Assembly: GCA_041484135.1 (NCBI GenBank)
Contig: JBGPHD010000001.1
Span: 844-64,843 of the forward strand
Source: Gemmatimonadota bacterium
Lineage (GTDB): Bacteria > Gemmatimonadota > Gemmatimonadetes > Gemmatimonadales > JACORV01
Length of the DNA: 64,000 nucleotides
Direction: 5' to 3'
The notes beneath the pieces are model-generated. The model was not told the DNA's origin and searched no databases. It saw nothing but the letters and a program-made list of their open reading frames with translations. Shown in pieces: positions 10,780 to 17,831 of the stretch (positions within the stretch are counted from its first letter, which is position 1; the number at the start of each line of letters is the position of its first letter). Both the position numbers and the translations under genes were made by a program.

Positions 10780-11385
10780 GTGGCATCCCCCCTCGAGTTC
10801 GAAGCGCTCCTCGCCCCGCTGCTCGACCGGGCGTACGGACTCGCGCTGCACCTGACGCGGGACCGCGCCGACGCGGAGGACCTGGTGCAGGAGGCCGCCC
10901 TGCTGGCGTTCCGCGGCTTCCAGGGCTTCACGCCGGGAACGAACTTCCGCGCCTGGTTCTTCCGCATCCTCACCAACGCCTTCATCACGTCGCACCGGCG
11001 GAAGAAGCACGAACCCGAGACGGTGCCGCTCGACGACGCGCCGAATGCGTACCTCCAGCGGCGCGCGCACGAAGTGGTCGCCGATGGCACCGGACGGCCG
11101 GGCCTCACCGGCGGCGAGCTGGCGTCGGCGGTGATCGGCAAGCTGGAGACGGAACAGGTGGAGGCGGCGATCGCGGCGCTGCCCGAGGAGTTCCGGGCGG
11201 CGAGCGCGCTCTACTTCCTGGCGGACCTCTCCTACCGGGAGATCGGCGAGAGCCTCGGCGTGCCGATCGGGACGGTGCGCTCGCGGCTGCACCGCGGCCG
11301 GGCGCTCCTCCAGCGGCAGCTGTGGCGCCTCGCGGAGGACCACGGCCTGGTGGCCGCCGCCGCGAGAGGAGGCGGGGACCGATGA
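10780..11385 (+). CDS. ECF-type RNA polymerase sigma-70 factor
   Basis: Only the last 201 codons of track ORF 9214..11385 look real. First in-frame start is GTG 10780. Region 2: DAEDLVQEAALLAFRGF...NFRAWFFRILTNAF. Region 4: YREIGESLGVPIGTVRSRLHRGR. Confidence 0.85.
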   Translation: MASPLEFEALLAPLLDRAYGLALHLTRDRADAEDLVQEAALLAFRGFQGFTPGTNFRAWFFRILTNAFITSHRRKKHEPETVPLDDAPNAYLQRRAHEVVADGTGRPGLTGGELASAVIGKLETEQVEAAIAALPEEFRAASALYFLADLSYREIGESLGVPIGTVRSRLHRGRALLQRQLWRLAEDHGLVAAAARGGGDR

Positions 11386-11621
11386 GCCCGAGCCGGCTGA
11401 CTTGCGCCGAGACCTTCGCGCGGCTCGACGACTACGTGGACCGCGAGCTCGCGCCCGACGAGGTGCGCGAGGTGGTGGCCCACCTGGAGTCGTGCGTGGT
11501 GTGCGCGGGGGAGTTCGAGATCGAGCGGCGGCTGCTGGACGACATCCGCGGGAAGCTGCGCCGCGTCAGGGCGCCGGCGGACCTGATGGCGAAGGTGTCC
11601 TCGCGCCTGCGGGCGGAGTAG
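11382..11621 (+). CDS. Small soluble zinc-binding anti-sigma factor (ZAS, RsrA-like)
   Basis: The ATG at 11382 overlaps the sigma TGA (ATGA), with GGAGG upstream. 79 aa and no TM segment. Cys8...His34-x3-Cys38-x2-Cys41 (LTCAETF...AHLESCVVC). Confidence 0.75.
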   Translation: MSPSRLTCAETFARLDDYVDRELAPDEVREVVAHLESCVVCAGEFEIERRLLDDIRGKLRRVRAPADLMAKVSSRLRAE

Positions 11622-12927
11622 CGCCGCCGGCGATCGTGTCGGCAACGCGCTCCAGGATGGCGGGGGTCCGGTAGTACTCGCTGTGCTGGGGATGGATCTC
11701 CAGGAAGGTCTTCTTGAGGCCGAGGCCGAGACTGTGGCGGAGCGAGGCGACCCGCCGCTCCACGCCCTTGAGGCCCGCCGCCTCGGCCGGATGGGGAGGC
11801 CGGAGCGGGGCGCCGGCGAGGTGGACCTCGAGCATCGCCTCGGTGAAATCGGCCCGCTCGATCAGGGTCGTGGGGTAGGCGCGGCTGGTGTCGAGGTCCG
11901 CCATCTCGTGGTCGAAGAAGAGCACCCGGAGCCACGGGAACCCGAAGGCGATCCGCTCCATCACCGTCTCGAGCACGCGCAGCAGGACGCCCACCACCAC
12001 CGGGCGCACGAACAGCCATTCCATGGCCCGGCCCCAGCCCGAGAACGCTTCGCCGATCCACTCCTCGTAGACCTTGCGCGGCGCCGCCGACGCGTGGAAC
12101 AGCAGGTCCGCCTCGTCCTGGTGGCTGGTGACGAGGAGCACCCGGTGGCCGTCGAGGCTGGCCAGCAGGCGCTGCGGCTCGGGGCCGTACGCCTGGCCGT
12201 ACCGGCGCCCGCGCGCGACCTGCATCGGGTAGTACGCGGCCCGCCAGAGCAGATCGCCTAACGCCGCGAGGATGGCGAAGACCCAGCGGGACACGACCAT
12301 CACCCCGAACAGCGCGGCCACCAGCCAGGGCCAGCCCACCACGGCGCCGACGTGCACCTCGGCGCAGGTGCCCATGAGCGGGCAGATGAGACGGGGGAAG
12401 TCCGGCAGGAAGAGCCGCGAGAGGATCACGGTGGTGAGGCCGAGCGCGGCGGCGAGGATGAGGAAAGCGACGAGGAACCGGAACGGCCGCAGCGAGGCCT
12501 TGAACTCGAGGAGCGGCGTGCCCAGGCAGACCACGCGGCGGAACCGGACCTCCGGCACGCTCGCGAGGCGCCGCACGGCCTCCAGGACGACGTTGCCCCC
12601 GTGCGAGTGCGCGACCGCGCTCACCTCGAGCGGCGCCTCCGCCGTCGCGCCCACTCGGCGCGCCGTCTCGCGCAGGGCGTCGGCGAGACGCTTGGACCCC
12701 GCGACGCGCGCCGCGTGGGTGTTGTCCCCCGACCAGGCGAAGGCATCCGGCGGGAGCCCCACCACCGCGGCCGGGCGCCACACCGTGCCCGTCATCCCGC
12801 GCCGGGCGAGCGCCTCCTCGAGCTGGTCCGCGAACGACGGGCCCCCGCCCGCCGGCGAGGGCCGCCACCACGACGACTCCGCCGCGAAGGCGCCGTGCAC
12901 GACGATGGTGAGGGTGGAGGTGTTCAG
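11566..12927 (-). CDS. Membrane-anchored alpha/beta-hydrolase (lipase/PGAP1-like) with unknown C-terminal domain; start codon unresolved
   Basis: The frame is open to 13293, but protein-like sequence begins at LNTSTLTIVVHGAF. There is no ATG/GTG/TTG at that point. The CTG at 12927 overlaps the upstream TGA, and the nearest canonical in-frame start is GTG 12993. Nucleophile-elbow-like SAVAHSHGGNV. Two hydrophobic helices (FRFLVAFLILAAALGLTTVILSRLFL; VGAVVGWPWLVAALFGVMVVSRWVFAILAALG), then about 230 aa of unknown type. The 3' end overlaps the convergent anti-sigma gene by 56 nt. Confidence 0.5.
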   Translation of the reverse strand: MNTSTLTIVVHGAFAAESSWWRPSPAGGGPSFADQLEEALARRGMTGTVWRPAAVVGLPPDAFAWSGDNTHAARVAGSKRLADALRETARRVGATAEAPLEVSAVAHSHGGNVVLEAVRRLASVPEVRFRRVVCLGTPLLEFKASLRPFRFLVAFLILAAALGLTTVILSRLFLPDFPRLICPLMGTCAEVHVGAVVGWPWLVAALFGVMVVSRWVFAILAALGDLLWRAAYYPMQVARGRRYGQAYGPEPQRLLASLDGHRVLLVTSHQDEADLLFHASAAPRKVYEEWIGEAFSGWGRAMEWLFVRPVVVGVLLRVLETVMERIAFGFPWLRVLFFDHEMADLDTSRAYPTTLIERADFTEAMLEVHLAGAPLRPPHPAEAAGLKGVERRVASLRHSLGLGLKKTFLEIHPQHSEYYRTPAILERVADTIAGGATPPAGARTPSPSGPPAP

Positions 12928-13496
12928 GGTCGGCGCGCGGCCAGCGGGCGCCCGGCGATCTCGTTGGTGAAGGTGAGGCCCGCGATCCGCCACTCGCCGC
13001 GCTGCTGCATGAGGTGGAAGGCGTCGACCCCGTAGTGGGTCCGCACCGAATCGCGGGTGGCGCCGAACCGCGCCTCGACCACCACCCACGCGGTGGCCAG
13101 CGGGCCGTAGGTCGCGACCTCGATGCGGACCGGCTCCTCCGCGAAGACGGCCAGGCGGTCCGGCCCCGCGGGCGCCCGCCGGATGAACTCCTCCGCGGTC
13201 ACGACCTCCACGCGCTCGGCGGACTCGCCGGGCGGGGTCCAACTGGTGGTGATGACCCCGCCGCGCCAGAAGCTCTCGCGGAGGCCGGCCCAATCACGCG
13301 CGCTGAGGCGCCGGTAGTACGCGCGCACCGCCTCCTCGACCTCGCCCGCCGCGATCGAATCGCGTTCGACGGCCGCCAGCGAGTCGGCCACGGTCCGCGC
13401 GCCGGGCGGCCGGCCCGAGGCGGCGCGCTCGACGCGCACCAGCTTCCCGCAGCCGGAGAGCGCGAGGGCGAGCAACAGAGGACGTGCGGTTCGCAT
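12924..13496 (-). CDS. Lipoprotein, NTF2-like/SnoaL (DUF4440-type) fold
   Basis: Trimmed to the ATG at 13496, giving MRTARPLLLALALSGCGK (lipobox LSGC). EEAVRAYYRRLSARDWAGL...DAFHLMQQRGEWRIAGLTFT resembles NTF2-like small proteins. Confidence 0.6.
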   Translation of the reverse strand: MRTARPLLLALALSGCGKLVRVERAASGRPPGARTVADSLAAVERDSIAAGEVEEAVRAYYRRLSARDWAGLRESFWRGGVITTSWTPPGESAERVEVVTAEEFIRRAPAGPDRLAVFAEEPVRIEVATYGPLATAWVVVEARFGATRDSVRTHYGVDAFHLMQQRGEWRIAGLTFTNEIAGRPLAARRP

Positions 13497-13503
13497 CCGC
13501 GCG

Positions 13504-13513
13504 GAATATATTC
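13504..13513. promoter_or_regulatory. AT-only 10-bp palindrome GAATATATTC in a 46-nt divergent intergenic region
   Basis: Perfect palindrome read directly from the sequence. It contains TATATT in both orientations. It lies 8 nt from the minus-strand ATG (13496) and 30 nt from the plus-strand ATG (13543). Confidence 0.25.
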
Positions 13514-13542
13514 GCGTTCGACCCCACCGCGAGGCACCGCTC

Positions 13543-14847
13543 ATGCTCGACCGCCGCGCCTTCCTCGGCTCCGCCGCTCTCAGTGCCCTCGCCGCCGGCC
13601 GCGGCCGCGCCACGCCGGCGCCCCAAGCACCCCAGGCACCCCGCGGGCAATGGCCGCCCGCCGTCTTCCAGGACGACGAGGCGTATTGGCGGACCCTGCG
13701 CCGGGAATTCCTCATGCCGCCTGACGAGGCGTTCTTCAACACCGGGACCATCGGCAGCTCGCCGCGCGTCGTGATCGACGCGGTGACGAACCACATGACC
13801 CAGGTGGACGCCACGGTCGCGCACTGGGACTACCGCCCGGAGCACCCGGATTACTTCGCCGGTTACCGCCCCGAGCTGGAGCTGCGCGGGAAACTCGCCA
13901 CCCTGGTCGGCGCGAGCGCGGAGGAGGTCGCGCTCACCCAGAACGCCACCTTCGGGGCGAGCTACGTGGCCAACGGCCTCGATCTGCATCCGGGCGACGA
14001 GGTGATCCTCACCAACCAGGAGCACGTGGGGTGCGAGTCGCCCTGGCAGCTCAAGGCCAAGCGGTACGGCATCTACGTGAAGAAGGTGGTGGTCCCGGTC
14101 CCGCCCCAGAATCCCCAGCAGCTGATCGACCTCTTCGTGAACGCGACCACGCCGCAGACCAAGGTGTGGGCCATCCCGCACCTCACCTCGCAGCTCGCCA
14201 TCCGCTTCCCGGTGGTGGAACTCTGCCGCCTGGCGCGCGAGCGGGGGATCATCTCGGTGATCGACGGGGCGCAGTGCTGCGGGCATCTCGAGCTCGACCT
14301 GCACGCGATGGGGTGCGACACCTACTTCGGGTCGCCTCACAAGTGGCTGCTCGCCCCGCAGGGATGCGGGTTCCTCTACGTGAGCCGGGAACGCCTGCCC
14401 CACCTCTGGGCGACCATCGCGTCGGGGCAATGGGACAACTATCACGACGGCGCGTACCGGCTGATGCAGGTGGGGACCGGCAACCTGTCGCTGCTCAAGG
14501 GCTACGAGGCGGCGATCGACTTCCACACCCGGATCGGTCCCTCACGCGTCGCGCAGCGCATCCTCGCGCTCGCCGACCGGTTGCGGGCAGGCCTGCGGCA
14601 GATCCCCCAGGTGACGATCAACTCGCCGCAGCATCCGGAGCTGGTGTCGGGGACCACGGTCTGGAGCCTCGCCGGCTATCACGCGCCGGAACTGATGGAC
14701 CAGTTGTGGACGCGGACCAAGGTGCGCTGCCGGTCGATGGGGGATCCCTGGGGGGTGCGGCAGTGCTGTCACATCTACAACGCGCCCGAGGAAGTGGACC
14801 GGACCCTGGAGACGGCGCGGCGCCTGGCCACGGAGCGGCGCGCCTGA
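13543..14847 (+). CDS. Class V aminotransferase (isopenicillin-N epimerase/cysteine desulfurase-like) with twin-arginine signal
   Basis: 434 aa. N-terminus MLDRRAFLGSAALSALAAG. FNTGTIGSSP. PLP-lysine context SPHKWLLAPQGCGFLYV. Confidence 0.85.
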   Translation: MLDRRAFLGSAALSALAAGRGRATPAPQAPQAPRGQWPPAVFQDDEAYWRTLRREFLMPPDEAFFNTGTIGSSPRVVIDAVTNHMTQVDATVAHWDYRPEHPDYFAGYRPELELRGKLATLVGASAEEVALTQNATFGASYVANGLDLHPGDEVILTNQEHVGCESPWQLKAKRYGIYVKKVVVPVPPQNPQQLIDLFVNATTPQTKVWAIPHLTSQLAIRFPVVELCRLARERGIISVIDGAQCCGHLELDLHAMGCDTYFGSPHKWLLAPQGCGFLYVSRERLPHLWATIASGQWDNYHDGAYRLMQVGTGNLSLLKGYEAAIDFHTRIGPSRVAQRILALADRLRAGLRQIPQVTINSPQHPELVSGTTVWSLAGYHAPELMDQLWTRTKVRCRSMGDPWGVRQCCHIYNAPEEVDRTLETARRLATERRA

Positions 14848-14861
14848 ACTGACTGGAGAGC

Positions 14862-17831
14862 TCAGGCCTCCTCCTCGAACCGCGCGTCGTGCTCGCCCGA
14901 GGCCTGGAACGAGACGGCCGCGCGCACCCCGGCGCCCCACGCCGACACGTCCGCCTTGACTGCCTGCGCATCCACCAGCGTCTCCTTCGGCGGCGCGCGG
15001 AGCCACGGTGCGACCGTGATCCAGAGCGGCGGCCCGACGCGGCGCCGCACCCCGATATCGAGCACGCCCTTCCGCCGCCGCAGCCGGAGGTCGTAGACCG
15101 TCTCGCCGCATCGCAGGCCACGGACGATGAGCGGATCCCAGGTGCCGGGGAGCTGCGGCGCGATGGTCATCCGTCCGCCCGGTGCATCGGGCCGCACCCC
15201 GAGCAGCCCTTCGACGAGCGGCGCCAGGACCATCGCCGCCGAGGCCGCCTGGTCCGGGCAGACCCCGGCGGCGCGTTCCGCGAGCCCGTTCAGCGCCTCA
15301 TCGAAGACACCACCCTGCCGCGCGAAGGCGAGGCCCACGTTCGCGGCCAGGTGCCGGCCACCGGCCTCACCCCATCCGGCCCGGTACTCCGCGAGCGCCG
15401 ACCAGCCGGTGACGAGCGGCCACACCGTCCCCGCGTAGGCGCCGGCGGGGTCGAAGTGCGGGTCGTCGGAGGGGAGGAGCCGCACGCCCCAGCCGGTCGT
15501 GAAGCGCGCGCCGGCGAGCGCGTCGAACCAGCCACGCGCGCGGACCGGGTTGGCGGCGCCGAGGAGCAACGGCAGGCTCGCCATCGCCGTCAGGGACCAG
15601 GACACCGATCCATCCCGCTGCCGGTCGAGCGCATAACGCCCATCCTGCTCGCGGAAGAGATCGCGCTCGATGGCTGTGCCGGCCCGGGCGGCGCGGGCCC
15701 AGCAGTCGGCGGCGAAGCGGGCCTTGCCGAGCACCTCGGCGGCGTGGGCCAGGTCCTCGAGCGCCGAGCGCCAGATGGCGGCCAGCGCGAGCGTGACGTC
15801 CGCGCCGCCCAGGGGCCCGGACTCGATCCACCCGTGCCCGACCCCGGCGTTCTCGATGAGGCCGTCGCCGTCGGTGTCGGTGGACAGGCAGAAGGCGAAG
15901 GCGCGCTCGACGTGCGGCCAGATGGAGCCGACGAACTCCGCGTCGCCGGTCCACGCGAGGTAGCGGGCGACCAGCAGCAGGTAGAGGGGGGTGGCGTCCG
16001 CGGCGTCGTAGTGGAACTGGCCGGAGGTGCTCGCTTCGTGGAGCACCTTCCCGGTGACGTCCTGCCGGTCGCCGAGGAAGCGGATCACCTGCCTGACGAC
16101 GGAGTGCTCGCCCGCGGCGAGCAGCGCGAGCGCGGACCAGCAGGCGTCTCGCGTGACGAACCACGCGTGGCCCGGCCGGCCGGCGCCCCACCCCGGCCGC
16201 GAGGACGCGTAGCCGGCGGCGAGCGACCGGCCCACGCCGGGCGCGTCCACCACGAACGCGTCGAGGCGGCGCTTCGCCCACTCGACGGCGCGCCCCAGGT
16301 GGTCGTCCTCGGCCACGACCGAGAGCCGGGCCTCCCGCACCGTGGTGGCGCGCTGGGCGCGCTGCCGCACGAGACCCGCGACGCCGAGCCGCCGCACCGC
16401 GCGCAAGGACCGCTCGAACTCGGCGCGTGACGCGCCGCCGGCGATGGCGAGCCGGAACGGGCCCCCGAGCGGGGCGGTCACGGTGCACTCGACCACCGGC
16501 ACGCCCTCGACGTGGAGCGCCTTCATCTGGATCGCGGCGGGCCCGCCCGCGAAGAGCACCGCCACCCCGTCGTCGCTCTCCGACTCCACCACGGCCACCA
16601 GGCCCTGCGCGCTGCGCCGGAACCGGAGGTTCCCGCCGCATCCCGCGGGAAAGGGCCAGGTCCGCCGAAGATCCAGCCGTAGCGTGATCTCCACGCCGGC
16701 GGCGGAGCGGCCCACTGACGCTCGGCCCTTGCGGGCCGCGTGGTACTCGACCAGCACGATCGGGTGCTCGAGCGCGACGAACGTCGTCTCGCTGATCCGG
16801 TGGCGCGGCGTCTCCAGCGTGCGCACCGCGACATCGGGCGTCACGGTGATGCGGGTGCCGGTCGCGGGTTCCCCGTCCACCGCCACGTCCCACGCGGCGA
16901 CGGCGCGGTGCGGGTGGATCCACACCTCGCGGATGCCGAGCCGGTCCCCGCCGACCAGCAGCGCACGGCGGCCGGCGAGGTCGAACCCCTCGTCCGCCTC
17001 GACCGCGCTCTCGAGCGCGATGGGGTCGGTGGCCGGGTCGGGGAGGGCGCCGTCGAGGTCGAGCGGCTCGGGCAGCACCAGCGCCTCCGAGGGCGCGGCG
17101 ATCGTGCCCGGCTCCGGCCAGTAGGCGCGCTCGGTGCTCTCGGCGGCGCCGGCCGCGAGCGCGTTGCGCACCAGACGGCCCAGCTGGGCCCTGAGCCGCG
17201 GATCCTGGGCCGCGAAATGGACGAACGCGCCGACGCAGACCACGTGGCCGCGGCCCAGGGCGTACTCCCACGCGACGATGCGGTCCGCGTTCTGCAGCGC
17301 GAAGGCCCGCTCGACCGCCACGACGCGTCCTTCGGCGGGCCGGACCCCGCCCGCGTAGCAGGCCCACGTGTACGCCTCGCCCGCGGCCGGCGCCCAGGTG
17401 TAGGTCCCGTTATGCAGGCCGGCGACCAGCGGATGCGGACCGTAGGTCGCGAGGCCGCGGACGTGCGGATAGGCCTTGAGGGCGCGGAAGGCGCCCTGGT
17501 ACCAGGGGTCGGCGTCGTCGTCCCAGCGGCCGTCGCCGATGTCGTTAGGCGGGGCGGACTCGAGCCCCAGGGCCGTCACCAGCGCCGCGGCCCGGAGGGT
17601 GAGGAGGACCTGGTGCCCCGCCGCGGCGAAGGTGCGCAGCGGCTCGGCCGCGAGCTCGCCCAGGGGGACCGACGCGTGCACCCAGACCGCGTCCGACCGC
17701 GCCACCGCTGCGCCCAGCTCCCGCGGCTCGTACCGCCTGGCCTCGAGCCCCTCCTCGCCCTGGAGCCACGACCAGGCCGCGGCCTCTTCGGCGGGGCCGT
17801 TCCGGGCGATGAACGCGACCCGCAACGTCAC
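14862..17831 (-). CDS. Amylo-alpha-1,6-glucosidase/GDE_C-like six-hairpin enzyme with N-terminal GATase1-like domain
   Basis: The frame is open to 18539, but the first 236 codons are shadow sequence. The GTG at 17831 overlaps the upstream TGA (GTGA). 989 aa. VTLRVAFIARNG...GHVVCVGAFVHF at the N-terminus. C-terminal (alpha/alpha)6-like stretches DATPLYLLLVARYLAWTGD, DGDGLIENAGVGHGWIE, GTVWPLVTGW. No signal peptide. Confidence 0.7.
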   Translation of the reverse strand: MTLRVAFIARNGPAEEAAAWSWLQGEEGLEARRYEPRELGAAVARSDAVWVHASVPLGELAAEPLRTFAAAGHQVLLTLRAAALVTALGLESAPPNDIGDGRWDDDADPWYQGAFRALKAYPHVRGLATYGPHPLVAGLHNGTYTWAPAAGEAYTWACYAGGVRPAEGRVVAVERAFALQNADRIVAWEYALGRGHVVCVGAFVHFAAQDPRLRAQLGRLVRNALAAGAAESTERAYWPEPGTIAAPSEALVLPEPLDLDGALPDPATDPIALESAVEADEGFDLAGRRALLVGGDRLGIREVWIHPHRAVAAWDVAVDGEPATGTRITVTPDVAVRTLETPRHRISETTFVALEHPIVLVEYHAARKGRASVGRSAAGVEITLRLDLRRTWPFPAGCGGNLRFRRSAQGLVAVVESESDDGVAVLFAGGPAAIQMKALHVEGVPVVECTVTAPLGGPFRLAIAGGASRAEFERSLRAVRRLGVAGLVRQRAQRATTVREARLSVVAEDDHLGRAVEWAKRRLDAFVVDAPGVGRSLAAGYASSRPGWGAGRPGHAWFVTRDACWSALALLAAGEHSVVRQVIRFLGDRQDVTGKVLHEASTSGQFHYDAADATPLYLLLVARYLAWTGDAEFVGSIWPHVERAFAFCLSTDTDGDGLIENAGVGHGWIESGPLGGADVTLALAAIWRSALEDLAHAAEVLGKARFAADCWARAARAGTAIERDLFREQDGRYALDRQRDGSVSWSLTAMASLPLLLGAANPVRARGWFDALAGARFTTGWGVRLLPSDDPHFDPAGAYAGTVWPLVTGWSALAEYRAGWGEAGGRHLAANVGLAFARQGGVFDEALNGLAERAAGVCPDQAASAAMVLAPLVEGLLGVRPDAPGGRMTIAPQLPGTWDPLIVRGLRCGETVYDLRLRRRKGVLDIGVRRRVGPPLWITVAPWLRAPPKETLVDAQAVKADVSAWGAGVRAAVSFQASGEHDARFEEEA

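Noticed and set aside
9214-11385. 723-aa plus-strand ORF spanning three real genes
   Set aside because: Only the last 201 codons (from GTG 10780) look like a protein (the ECF sigma). The upstream part is antisense to, or out of frame with, the 9289-9861 and 10037-10732 genes and is Arg-rich.
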